64,000 nucleotides of DNA, from the NCBI GenBank assembly GCA_963790205.1, contig CAWBNQ010000011.1:134066-198065 (forward strand), read 5' to 3'. Shown piece by piece: positions 36,644 to 48,422 of the stretch. Below the pieces are notes generated by a model that ran no database searches, was not told the DNA's origin, and saw only the letters and a program-made list of their open reading frames with translations. Each line of letters begins with the position of its first letter. Within the stretch, counting starts at the first letter, position 1. Origin of the DNA: Nitrospirota bacterium. Its GTDB lineage: Bacteria > Nitrospirota > UBA9217. The position numbers and the translations under genes were made by a program.

Positions 36644-38977
36644 ATGAACCTCTCTGTAATAGAACGAATGATACGCGATGGTGATATGAGTTCAGATGCA
36701 ATGCGTTACCTTCTAAGTTGCCGTGCCGAATGTGAATGGTTGGATTATAAAGAGATTATTCATCTCGAATTAGACGCCGAGCTTTGTAATTTTGCAAGGG
36801 ATGTACTAGCAATTAAAAACGTTGGTGGTGGCTACATAGTGATAGGCGTTAAGGATAAAACATGGGAGCAAGCGGGGTTAAGCGAAAAACTTCCATATGA
36901 CTCGAAAATGCTCCGAGATAAAATTCGTCGCGCAACCGGCTTGGACTTGGATGTAGACATCGTTCATCACAATATTCAAACACCTGCATCAACTGGTCTC
37001 TTTGCCCTGATCTTCATCCGTTCAACGCGCAAGAGAAAAAAAAGAAGAGTCCCTACACTTTCGTCCAAAGATTTTTGTAGTGGTAAGGATTATGGCATTC
37101 GTCGAGGTGAAATTTATGTGCGACGAGGTGATTCGACGGTCAAAGTTCAATCTGAGCATGAACTTGAGGAGCTACTTGATAGTCTAGAAACTCAGACCGA
37201 TGATGATGCAGTAATGCTATCTGGCCGCTCATCCTATTTCGCAGTTGACGATGCAACTTATCGTCTTTTGGAGAAAGGTTATGAACAGTTCGTTGGTCGC
37301 ACAAAGCTCAGACAAGAATTGCTAAATTCAGTAACTCGTGATCCAAGGATTTGGATTATAAATGTCCACGGAGCTGGAGGTGTTGGAAAATCTGCACTTG
37401 TAAACTGGGTGGTCTACGAGTTTTATAAACAAAGAACTTTTGAGGCTATCTTGCAGCTGACTGCAAAAGAGACAGTGCTTACGTCTAAAGGCATTGAAAA
37501 ATTTGGACGTTCCCTTTATTCATTAGAGAATTTACTGGATCACATTTTGCTTTTATTTCAGGAGACTCCGCCAGCTGATCTAGAAGAAAAAAAGAAACTT
37601 GCCATGGAATATCTTTCGGCTTGGAAAATGCTTCTTGTTTTAGATAATATGGAAACTGTGCAGGATGGACGAATACTAAATTTTGTTCAGCAGTTGCCGC
37701 CAGATACAAAAGCGAAAGTCCTGATCACAAGTAGACAAAAAACAGGCTCATGGGAATTGCCTTTCCCAATTCAGGAACTGAATTCATTTGAAGTACGGGA
37801 ATTTTTGAAAATACGCTCAGAGGAAATGAACTTAAACTTTCCTTTAGACGATATGACGACTGAAAAAGTATTGAAAGCAACGGGAGGATTGCCTCTTGCA
37901 ATTCAGTGGGTGCTGGGTCAATACAGAATTAAGAATAATGTCGAAGGAATTATGCAAAATGTACTTGGAAGAGATTCTCCAGTTCTCGAATTTAGTTTTC
38001 GTAACATTTGGAGGGTCTTATCTTCAGATGCTAAAGCGATACTTTCGGTACTTTCAATATTTGATGACCCGCCGACGTCTCAGCAGATTGCGGTATCGAC
38101 AGAATTTGCCGTTGAGAGAATAGAAAAAGCTTTGACTGAGCTGTCCGATGTTACGTTAGTAACGAGAAGTACCCAGATATCAGATGGCCGAATCATCTAC
38201 ATAGCATTGCCTATAACTCTATCTTTTGCGCGACATCAACTTAGTGATATGGGAGATTTTGAACTTAATTGTCGACGCCGTTTTCAAAAGTTCTCAGAAC
38301 AAATGGAATTACAGGAGTCGGAGATATTTAGATATCGAAGTCGGTTTGAGCAGTTCGGCATTGAAACTGATAATGAAAAACGGGCTGCAATTTTGTGCCA
38401 AAGGGGTGAATCAGAAATGTTTGTTGGCAATGTTGATACCGCAGAGACACTTTTTAAACAAGCTCGCGATCTTGCACCTCAAAGTGCATATGTGTATTCG
38501 ATGAGCGCTAGCTATGAACTTGCGCGTAATAGAGTAGGCAATGCTTTAAACTTTGCCGAGGAAGGCTGCAAACGTGCAACTAAAAAAACGGGTGCACTCT
38601 GTTATACAATCAAGGCTAGAATTCTTGACGTTCAACGAAATCACAATGGGAGAGTGGCGGCTCTAGAAAAAGCAATTGAATATGACCCCAACGATTTCGT
38701 AATTCGTCATCAGTATGGTGTTGCTTTGAGTCGTGCTGGACGGACGGAGGATGCGATTAAACAATTTTCAATAATAATAGAAAAAAATAAACAACTAGCT
38801 ACTCCATCAATTCAATTGCTGATGGCACTTAAAACAAGGATGATAAATACTAAGCGCCTTGGGAATCAAGATGAATTTAATAAAGATTTAGCATGGGCTA
38901 AAGAGCTGTTTATTAAATATCCACATTTATCCTCTGAGGCGCAGCATTTTACTAATTTCTTTGAGGAAGAAGCTTAA
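36644..38977 (+). CDS. Schlafen/AlbA_2 - NB-ARC (STAND) NTPase - TPR protein (NLR/Avs-like)
   Basis: SD AGGAGG. ECEWLDYKE and AIKNVGGGYIVIGVKD (AlbA_2). GAGGVGKS, LLVLDNME, LITSR, GGLPLAI (NB-ARC). C-terminal TPR-like helices. AT-rich relative to flanks. Confidence 0.85.
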   Translation: MNLSVIERMIRDGDMSSDAMRYLLSCRAECEWLDYKEIIHLELDAELCNFARDVLAIKNVGGGYIVIGVKDKTWEQAGLSEKLPYDSKMLRDKIRRATGLDLDVDIVHHNIQTPASTGLFALIFIRSTRKRKKRRVPTLSSKDFCSGKDYGIRRGEIYVRRGDSTVKVQSEHELEELLDSLETQTDDDAVMLSGRSSYFAVDDATYRLLEKGYEQFVGRTKLRQELLNSVTRDPRIWIINVHGAGGVGKSALVNWVVYEFYKQRTFEAILQLTAKETVLTSKGIEKFGRSLYSLENLLDHILLLFQETPPADLEEKKKLAMEYLSAWKMLLVLDNMETVQDGRILNFVQQLPPDTKAKVLITSRQKTGSWELPFPIQELNSFEVREFLKIRSEEMNLNFPLDDMTTEKVLKATGGLPLAIQWVLGQYRIKNNVEGIMQNVLGRDSPVLEFSFRNIWRVLSSDAKAILSVLSIFDDPPTSQQIAVSTEFAVERIEKALTELSDVTLVTRSTQISDGRIIYIALPITLSFARHQLSDMGDFELNCRRRFQKFSEQMELQESEIFRYRSRFEQFGIETDNEKRAAILCQRGESEMFVGNVDTAETLFKQARDLAPQSAYVYSMSASYELARNRVGNALNFAEEGCKRATKKTGALCYTIKARILDVQRNHNGRVAALEKAIEYDPNDFVIRHQYGVALSRAGRTEDAIKQFSIIIEKNKQLATPSIQLLMALKTRMINTKRLGNQDEFNKDLAWAKELFIKYPHLSSEAQHFTNFFEEEA

Positions 38978-39056
38978 CAAGTGATCAGTCCATCATTTAC
39001 GGAAGGAACCCTTGGGGTTGCGTTCTAGATGCGCGTTACTATTCAAAAAAAGCGAT

Positions 39057-40586
39057 ATGACAGTTGAACTCTCAAATACTCTTGACGTTGTCCGCAAATC
39101 ATTGAACGGCACTACCTCACGTCGCGAACGATCGAAGATCGGTCAGTTCTTTACGCCTGCTCTGATCGCGCGGTATATGGCATCGCTGTTCCAGAATGCG
39201 GGGCCGGAGGTACGCATACTCGATCCCGGAGCAGGGGCGGGGGTTCTGTTTGCGTCGATGATCGAAACGTTTGTTGCTAAGAGACAACATCCTCATTCTA
39301 TCACTGTTGTTGCCTATGAAAATGACAAAAACGTTCTTCCCCATCTGAAGGATACCATGAAGCAATGCGAAGCACTCTGCAAAAGTGCCGGCATTTCATT
39401 CCGAGGGGAAATACGGCCAGATGATTTTGTCGCGTCTGCCATTACTCAAACCGCCGAGGGTTTATTCACGCAGGGTGGCAAACGCTTCACGCATGCGATC
39501 CTGAATCCGCCGTACAAGAAAATCAATAGTGATTCGACAATGCGGCGTTCATTAAACACAGCGGGGCTTGAGGTTACAAACCTCTATGCAGCGTTTGTGT
39601 GGCTTTCGGCGCGGATGTTGACGCCCGGCGGCGAGATGGTTGCTATTACTCCGCGCAGCTTCTGCAATGGACCGTACTTCCGCCGATTTCGAATTGGCCT
39701 TCTTAGCATGATGAGCCTGCGGCATATTCATGTGTTCGAGTCGCGTAAGAAAGCCTTCGGTGATGATGAGGTGCTTCAGGAAAACGTGATTTATCATGCA
39801 GTCAAGGATGCGGAGAAGCCTCAGCATATTCTGCTCTCGATCTCCGATGGCCTAGATTTTGATCATACGGAAACGAGGACGGTTCCTTATGACCGGATTA
39901 TCTTGCCGGGAGATCGTGACGCGTTCATCCATCTCGTTCTCTCCGACGTTGACAACCGCGCAACGGAACAGATGCGTAAGTTTATAACGACGCTGAATGA
40001 GCTTGGCATGGAGGTTTCCACCGGGCCGGTCGTGGAGTTCCGGGCGAGTAAGTATCTCCACAAGCTCCCGGTTAAAGGGACCGTGCCCCTCATATATCCT
40101 GCCCATTTCAGGGATGGCTTTATTCACTGGCCGGCGGAATCCCCAAGAAAGCCGAATGCAATCGATGCCGTACCGCATACTGAAGACATGCTGCTTGACG
40201 CTGGATATTATGTTCTTACCAAACGGTTTTCATCGAAAGAGGAACGGCGGCGGGTTGTGGCGGCGGTATACGATCCTCATGTGGTAAAGGCGTCGCATGT
40301 GGGGTTTGAAAATCATATAAACTACTTCCATGCCAAGGGCAAGGGACTTGCGCCAAACCTCGCCAAGGGATTGGCCCTCTATCTTAATTCCACACTGTTC
40401 GATCAGTATTTTCGCATATTCAGCGGGCATACCCAGGTCAATGCCACAGACCTGCGAAAAATGCATTATCCCACTCGTGAGCAACTGCTTCGGCTGGGCG
40501 CTCATGTGAAGCAGCACCTGCCAGATCAGGAAACGATGGACGCAATCCTAAAAAAGGAATGTGAAACGGATGGCCAAAAAGACTGA
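39057..40586 (+). CDS. Type II N6-adenine DNA methyltransferase (gamma class, M.BsuBI/M.PstI-like)
   Basis: GQFFTP, ILDPGAGAG (motif I) before NPPY (motif IV); FSGHTQVNATDLR. Confidence 0.9.
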   Translation: MTVELSNTLDVVRKSLNGTTSRRERSKIGQFFTPALIARYMASLFQNAGPEVRILDPGAGAGVLFASMIETFVAKRQHPHSITVVAYENDKNVLPHLKDTMKQCEALCKSAGISFRGEIRPDDFVASAITQTAEGLFTQGGKRFTHAILNPPYKKINSDSTMRRSLNTAGLEVTNLYAAFVWLSARMLTPGGEMVAITPRSFCNGPYFRRFRIGLLSMMSLRHIHVFESRKKAFGDDEVLQENVIYHAVKDAEKPQHILLSISDGLDFDHTETRTVPYDRIILPGDRDAFIHLVLSDVDNRATEQMRKFITTLNELGMEVSTGPVVEFRASKYLHKLPVKGTVPLIYPAHFRDGFIHWPAESPRKPNAIDAVPHTEDMLLDAGYYVLTKRFSSKEERRRVVAAVYDPHVVKASHVGFENHINYFHAKGKGLAPNLAKGLALYLNSTLFDQYFRIFSGHTQVNATDLRKMHYPTREQLLRLGAHVKQHLPDQETMDAILKKECETDGQKD

Positions 40587-41538
40587 TGCAAAGAAAGCAG
40601 CGCGGAAACTGGAAGAAGCATTGGCGGTATTGGATGCTCTCGGATTGCCCCGGCAGCAGCAAAACGAGCGGTCCGCTCTCACGCTTCTTTCGCTTTTAGG
40701 ACTGAAACCCGGCGACTCGTGGGACAAAGCAAGTGATCCGTTGATGGGCATTACTCCCATGATGGAATTTTTCTCCGAGCACTACGCCAAGAAGTATGCG
40801 CCGAACACGCGTGAGACAGTGCGCCGCCAGACCGTACATCAGTTCGTACAGGCTGCCCTGATCGTGCTGAATCCCGACAGGCCTTCCCGACCGACCAATA
40901 GTCCGAAAGCGGTGTACCAGATCGAGCCCTCCGCATTGAACCTGCTCCGCGAGTTTGGCAAGCCGGCCTGGAAAACGCATTTGAACGTGTATTTGCTTAC
41001 GACCAAAACATTGAAAGGTCGTTATGCGCGCGAACGGGATAAACGCCGTATTCCCGTGACGCTGGCGAAGGGCCAGAAGATCAAACTTTCACCAGGCGGG
41101 CAGAATGTTCTAGTGAAGAAGATCATCGACGACTTCTGTCAGTTGTTTACGCCGGGCGGTCGTATAATCTATGTCGGCGACACGGAGACGAAATGGGCTT
41201 ATTTCGATGCTGCTGCTCTGAAGGAAATGGGAGTTGACATAGAGGAGCACGGGAAGATGCCGGATGTGGTGGTTCATCATGTCGAGAAAGATTGGCTCGT
41301 TCTGATAGAAGCCGTAACGAGCCACGGTCCGGTGAACCCGAAGCGCAGACAGGAGCTCAAGGAACTTTTTGCCGACTCAACGATCGGGCTGGTGTTTGTG
41401 ACCGCATTTTTAGACCGGCGCGCAATGGTGAAATATCTCGACGATATCTCCTGGGAAACGGAAGTCTGGGTGGCTGAAGCGCCGACTCATCTCATTCATT
41501 TCAACGGTGAGCGCTTCTTGGGGCCGTATGATGATTAA
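40570..41538 (+). CDS. BsuBI/PstI-family type II restriction endonuclease
   Basis: YAPNTRETVRRQT.HQF, PTNSPK, LSPGG, HGKMPDVV, LIEAVTSHGPV, ISWETEVW. Confidence 0.9.
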   Translation: MAKKTDAKKAARKLEEALAVLDALGLPRQQQNERSALTLLSLLGLKPGDSWDKASDPLMGITPMMEFFSEHYAKKYAPNTRETVRRQTVHQFVQAALIVLNPDRPSRPTNSPKAVYQIEPSALNLLREFGKPAWKTHLNVYLLTTKTLKGRYARERDKRRIPVTLAKGQKIKLSPGGQNVLVKKIIDDFCQLFTPGGRIIYVGDTETKWAYFDAAALKEMGVDIEEHGKMPDVVVHHVEKDWLVLIEAVTSHGPVNPKRRQELKELFADSTIGLVFVTAFLDRRAMVKYLDDISWETEVWVAEAPTHLIHFNGERFLGPYDD

Positions 41539-41573
41539 CTGCAAATTGATTGGCTGTGCTTTGAGGAGATGCT

Positions 41574-42263
41574 ATGTCAATTGATCTTGCCGACTATAAG
41601 GCAAAAACGCGGGCCGCAGTAAAGCGGCTCTGGACTGGCGGGAAAGTCGGATCAAGAAAGAAGATTTCCGGCACGATGGGCGGTTTCGCGGACCTCGTTG
41701 TTGATATTGTGTGCGCAAATGGTTTGACGAAGGCGCATGTTCTGCCGCACGATCGACCCGTCTCGCTTCCAGGGCATTTCTCCGCGACCCAATCATGGGA
41801 TATCGTAGTGGTGAACGAGGGCCGTTTGATAGCGGCTATAAAAGCCGATTTCGTGCTCGGCCCTTCACTTTCCGCAGGTGCGGGTTGCGACTACGATAAA
41901 GTCCTCGGGAGGGCGATGGAGTTGAAGGCTGTATACCGGAAAGGAGTTTTTGGGGAAACCAGAAAACCCTTTGTCGGCTATCTGATACTTCTCGAAGATG
42001 CTCCGGGTTCCCGCAAGCCGGTAACGGATGTGTCCCCGAACTTTCCTTTATTTCCGGAGTTCAAAGGCGCATCATATGCGGAGCGGTATAACATCCTGTG
42101 CAAGAAACTGATGGCTGAAGAGCTGTATACCGCCGCCGCTGTTATTCTATCACCACGAAGCGCTTCCAAATCCGGCGCGTATTCCGAGATGAGCGATATG
42201 ACCGGGCTTAAATCGTTTGTTAAAACGCTTGCGGCACATATTTCAGCTGAGGCGACACCATAA
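41574..42263 (+). CDS. PaeR7I/XhoI-family endonuclease homologue, active site apparently degenerate
   Basis: IDLADY...GFADLV..IV.ANGL, LPGHF..T..WD, LEDAP.SR.PV...SPNFP.FPEFKGASY..RY.ILCKKL..E.LY; the expected ELKS/NNFNNR segment is replaced. Confidence 0.8.
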   Translation: MSIDLADYKAKTRAAVKRLWTGGKVGSRKKISGTMGGFADLVVDIVCANGLTKAHVLPHDRPVSLPGHFSATQSWDIVVVNEGRLIAAIKADFVLGPSLSAGAGCDYDKVLGRAMELKAVYRKGVFGETRKPFVGYLILLEDAPGSRKPVTDVSPNFPLFPEFKGASYAERYNILCKKLMAEELYTAAAVILSPRSASKSGAYSEMSDMTGLKSFVKTLAAHISAEATP

Positions 42264-42328
42264 GTGAACGCAGGCGTCGTTGACCCATCATAGTCGTGCT
42301 AACTGATTCCTGCGTTTATTTTAATTGA

Positions 42329-44362
<2,034 letters not shown>

Positions 44363-45205
44363 GTGCGGCTGGGTTTTCATGTGTCGATCTCCGGCGGCTT
44401 TTCCCTGTCGGTCCAGCGCGCCTTCGAGCTCGGCTGTACCTGCATGCAGATCTTCAGCAGGAACCCGCGCGGCTGGACCGTGAAGCCGCTCGATAAGAAC
44501 GATATCGCGGAGTTCAAGAAGCTTCGCGAAAAATGGGATATCGGGCCGGTTTTTGTCCATACGAACTACCTTATCAATCTTGCCTCGACCCGCCCGGACC
44601 TTTACGAACGTTCCATAGAACAATTCGTGATCGACCTCGAGCGCGCCGAAGCGCTGGGTGCGGAATACCTGGTAACGCACCTCGGCTCGGCAAGCGGGCA
44701 GGAGACGCGATGGATGATCGACCGGGTATCGAGCGCTGTCAATATGGCCATGAAGCTTCATCCCCTGAAGACAACAACGGTTCTTTTGGAAAATACTGCC
44801 GGCGAAAAAGGAGATATCGGGTATGAGCTTGAACAGGTTCAGGAAGTGATATTGAGGCTTGATAATTCGTCGCACATCGGTGTATGCTACGATACCTGCC
44901 ATGGTTTTGCCGCCGGATATGATATCCGGACGAAAGAAGATGTGAATGCCTTAGCAAAGAAGATCGACGCTGCCGTCGGTCTGAATCGATTGAAAGGAAT
45001 GCATCTGAACGATTGTCTGCGGGATTTCAATTCCCATATTGACCGTCACTGGCACATTGGCGAAGGCAAGGTCGGTCTTGAAGGGTTCAGGGCATTGCTG
45101 AACCATCCGGCGTTCAAGGACGTGCCGAAGATCATGGAAACGCCGAAGGAGACGGAAGAGGACGATCCACGGAACATGAAGACGGTGAAGTCGCTGATGA
45201 AATGA
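44363..45205 (+). CDS. nfo: Endonuclease IV
   Basis: GFHVSISGG, YLINLAS, LENTAG, DTCH, HLND, DRH, METP. Confidence 0.95.
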   Translation: MRLGFHVSISGGFSLSVQRAFELGCTCMQIFSRNPRGWTVKPLDKNDIAEFKKLREKWDIGPVFVHTNYLINLASTRPDLYERSIEQFVIDLERAEALGAEYLVTHLGSASGQETRWMIDRVSSAVNMAMKLHPLKTTTVLLENTAGEKGDIGYELEQVQEVILRLDNSSHIGVCYDTCHGFAAGYDIRTKEDVNALAKKIDAAVGLNRLKGMHLNDCLRDFNSHIDRHWHIGEGKVGLEGFRALLNHPAFKDVPKIMETPKETEEDDPRNMKTVKSLMK

Positions 45206-45212
45206 GGAGTTT

Positions 45213-45686
45213 ATGAAAAACAGTGTTATGATGTTCGCTTGCATGGTATTGTTGACATCCGCTGCCGTTTACGCACAGAGCGGCGACGGCATCCTCGGCG
45301 TCTGGAACAACCAGGAGAAGGACGCGAAGATCGAGATCTATAAATGCGGCAAAAAATACTGCGGCAGGATCATCTGGCTCAAGGAGCCAAACTATCCTGC
45401 GGGCTCCACGGACGGCATGCCGGGCACACAGAAGCTCGATCACAACAACCCGGACCTTACCCTGAGGAAGGCGCCGGTCATCGGACTTCAGATCGTTCAT
45501 GATTTCGCTTTTACCGGCGATAACCTGTGGAAGGACGGCAAAGTATACGATCCAAAGAACGGCAGGACCTACAGCGGGAAAATGACATTGGTCTCTCCGA
45601 ATCAGCTGAACCTGCGGGGATACATCGGCATCTCGTTGCTCGGAAGGACCGCGGTCTGGACGAGGTGGCAACCGAATGCGGAATAA
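45213..45686 (+). CDS. DUF2147 family exported protein
   Basis: Signal peptide; GKVYDPKNGRTY, LRGYIGISLLGRT..WTR. Confidence 0.85.
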   Translation: MKNSVMMFACMVLLTSAAVYAQSGDGILGVWNNQEKDAKIEIYKCGKKYCGRIIWLKEPNYPAGSTDGMPGTQKLDHNNPDLTLRKAPVIGLQIVHDFAFTGDNLWKDGKVYDPKNGRTYSGKMTLVSPNQLNLRGYIGISLLGRTAVWTRWQPNAE

Positions 45687-46071
45687 GGAATCGACCAGGG
45701 AAAATGTACGATTAAGGCTGGCGCAGGCGAGCGGCTCGCTCGAAGAGGCCGGGGCGCTCCTCAAGGAAGGCGCGGACCTGAATTTTGTGATGAACAGCCT
45801 GTACTATGCGTTCCTCTATCCCGCGCTCGGGTTGCTCCAGGCGATAAATGTCCCGACGCCGACGCAGGGCACGGCGATCGCCCTCTTTGAACGCGAATTC
45901 GTGAAAAGCGGTCAATTCGACGGTCGGTTCCTGGACGCCATGCGTCGCGCATTCGAACTGCGGCCGGCCTGCGCCTGCGATAAGCCCAAAAAAATCGTCA
46001 GAGAAGATATAGAACAATTGCTGCCCGTGGCCCGTGAGTTCCTGGATCGTGCACGACATGCCGTGGAATGA
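45676..46071 (+). CDS. HEPN-like protein (UPF0332-type), orphan
   Basis: NSLYYAF, QGTAIALFEREFVKSG, AFELR. Confidence 0.7.
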   Translation: MRNKESTRENVRLRLAQASGSLEEAGALLKEGADLNFVMNSLYYAFLYPALGLLQAINVPTPTQGTAIALFEREFVKSGQFDGRFLDAMRRAFELRPACACDKPKKIVREDIEQLLPVAREFLDRARHAVE

Positions 46072-46183
46072 AGCGAAGAGGCCACTGCCCGGAAAGAATA
46101 GTATTGACGGTCTCTCCGAGCACGGGTATACTTGGCCTGTTTAACCAGATTTAAATCTTCCACAACGTAAAAGGAGACGGTAC

Positions 46184-46519
46184 ATGGCTGAGAAAAAAAC
46201 GGAATTGATAAAAACTATCATGATTAACCTCGGGATTCTGCTCATCCTGGTGAGTGCCACGGCGTCCAGGGACATCAGCCTGACTTACTTTTTTCTCGGG
46301 TTGCTGCTTCTTGCGATCCAGACCATGGATCTCAAGGGGATCGAGCCGAAGAGGCTCGCGATTGCGGAGATCATTATGGCGTCAGCCCTTTCCGTGTCGG
46401 CCGTCATCCAGTTGACCCTGTCGAAAAGCTTCGGAGCGCCCCAGATTTTCCTGATCATCCTTCTCCTCGGGGGCCTGCTGGTCACGGTCGAGGCGGTGCG
46501 GAAATTCGCGGATTTATAG
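46184..46519 (+). CDS. Hypothetical four-TM membrane protein
   Basis: SD AAGGAG; four hydrophobic segments. Confidence 0.7.
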   Translation: MAEKKTELIKTIMINLGILLILVSATASRDISLTYFFLGLLLLAIQTMDLKGIEPKRLAIAEIIMASALSVSAVIQLTLSKSFGAPQIFLIILLLGGLLVTVEAVRKFADL

Positions 46520-46655
46520 CCCCGGGGACCCGCCGGTCTGTTCAGGACCGCTTTGGGTCCTGACCCCAAAATCCTTTCTGGATTTTTTCCTTTTCCTTTG
46601 GTATAGTACCCTGACAACGTTATCATTTTTCGATCGAAGAGGAACGCACCTGTTC

Positions 46656-47619
46656 ATGAAAACCTCGGAAATACCGGTCAAGCAGGCCGCGCGGCGCTAC
46701 AGCGCCTTCGGACAGTACATGAAGGATCTGTACGGCGAGCCTGTGTACAAGGTGAACGTCGACGCAGGGTTCACCTGCCCCAACCGGGACGGCAGCGTGG
46801 CCACGGGCGGCTGCATTTACTGCAACAACGACAGCTTCAGGCCCACGGCCTGCACGAGCTCGGCTTCCCTGCGTGCGCAGATCGAAAAAGGCATTCCCTA
46901 TCTCCGCTCCCGCTACGGCGCGGAGAAGTTCATCGTTTACTTTCAGCCCTACACCAACACCTACGCACCGGTCGAGGTCCTCGAGCGTCTCTACCGCGAT
47001 GCGCTCGACAACCCCGGCGTGGTGGGCATTGCCGTCGGTACCCGGCCCGATTGCGTGGACGAGGAAAAGATCGCGCTCCTTGAAACGCTGGCAAGGGAAT
47101 GCTTCGTTCTCGTGGAGTACGGGCTCCAGTCGGTGTACGACAAAACGCTTGAATATCATCAACCGGGGCCATGACTATGCGCGCTTTCAGACCGCCGTGG
47201 CCCTCACCGCGGGGAGAGGCATCCATATCGGAGCGCATATCATCCTCGGCTTTCCCACGGAGACCCGGGAGCAGATGCTCGGCATGGCGGACGAACTTTC
47301 GAATTTTCCGGTCGAGTTCCTCAAGATACACCAGCTCCAGGTAGTGAAGGACACGGCGCTGGCGGATCTTTATGCTGAGAAGCCTTTCGCTGTTTTCGGA
47401 TACCACGAATATATCGAAATGCTCGCCGATTTCCTGGAGCGGCTGTCGCCGCATATCGTGCTCCAGCGACTGTTCGCGGCCGCTCCCGATGAGATACTCA
47501 TCGCTCCGGTCTGGAACAAGACGAGGAGCGAACTGCTTCGCGATCTTGATGCTCTCCTGGAACAACGGGGGAGCTATCAGGGGAAAGCGTGCGCTAACCG
47601 CGCGCGGATTGTAAAATGA
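46656..47619 (+). CDS. TIGR01212/YhcC-like radical SAM protein; frameshift near 47155
   Basis: DAGFTCPNRDG...GGCIYC, YFQPYTNTY, GTRPDC, EYGLQS; second frame INRGHD...HIILG...LKIHQL. Confidence 0.88.
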
Positions 47620-47695
47620 AAATTGGAAACCGAAGGTTTCATGTTGAAATTTAAAATTTTCATTCTTAGATTTCCAATTCACCGAAGGTGACGCC

Positions 47696-48358
47696 ATGAT
47701 CGATCTTCATACACACTCATTGTTCAGCGACGGCGTGCTCGTGCCGTCGGAGCTCGTTCGGCGCGCGGTGATGAAAGGCTACGAGGTGATCGCGATCACG
47801 GACCACGCCGACGCCTCGAACCTGGATTTCATTATCCCGCGGGTGGCGTCCGTTTGCAGGGAACTGTGCCTCCGCTGGAAGATCACGGCGCTGCCGGGCA
47901 TCGAGCTTACCCATATCCCGCCGGAGACCTTTGGGGAGCTCACGGAGCGGGCGCGCTCCCTCGGCGCCGCCATCGTGGTGGCGCACGGAGAGACGCTCGT
48001 GGAGCCCGTGCACCCGGGAACGAACCGGGCCGCCATCGAGGCGCGGGTGGACATCCTCGCGCACCCCGGACTCCTCACGAAGGAAGAGGCCGGACTCGCT
48101 GCGAAAAACGGCGTGTACCTCGAGATCACCTCCCGCAAGGGGCACAGCCTGTCGAACGGTCACGTGGCGATGCTCGCGGGAGAAACGGGCGCAAAACTCG
48201 TGATCGACACCGACAGCCATGAGCCTGGAGACCTGATTACCGACGAATTCGCCCGGAGCATCCTGCTGGGAGCGGGATTGAGCAAAGAGAGAATCGCCGG
48301 GGTCCTGAAAAATTCTCGGGAACTGGCCGACAAGGCAACGCAGGCTTTGAAGAGCTAG
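47696..48358 (+). CDS. PHP-domain phosphoesterase (histidinol-phosphatase-like)
   Basis: DLHTHS..SDG, ITDH, HGET, ILAHPG, DTDSH. Confidence 0.88.
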   Translation: MIDLHTHSLFSDGVLVPSELVRRAVMKGYEVIAITDHADASNLDFIIPRVASVCRELCLRWKITALPGIELTHIPPETFGELTERARSLGAAIVVAHGETLVEPVHPGTNRAAIEARVDILAHPGLLTKEEAGLAAKNGVYLEITSRKGHSLSNGHVAMLAGETGAKLVIDTDSHEPGDLITDEFARSILLGAGLSKERIAGVLKNSRELADKATQALKS

Positions 48359-48422
48359 CAAATTCCGGCTCTCGTTCTGTCCGTAGTCCTTAATGAGAAA
48401 ATTCAACAGGGGGTTAGTTAAG

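Noticed and set aside
38970..39030. attC site after the Schlafen-STAND gene (GCTTAACAAGT...GTTCTAG)
   Set aside because: The left core looks plausible, but there is no convincing complementary right half and no integron integrase in the window.
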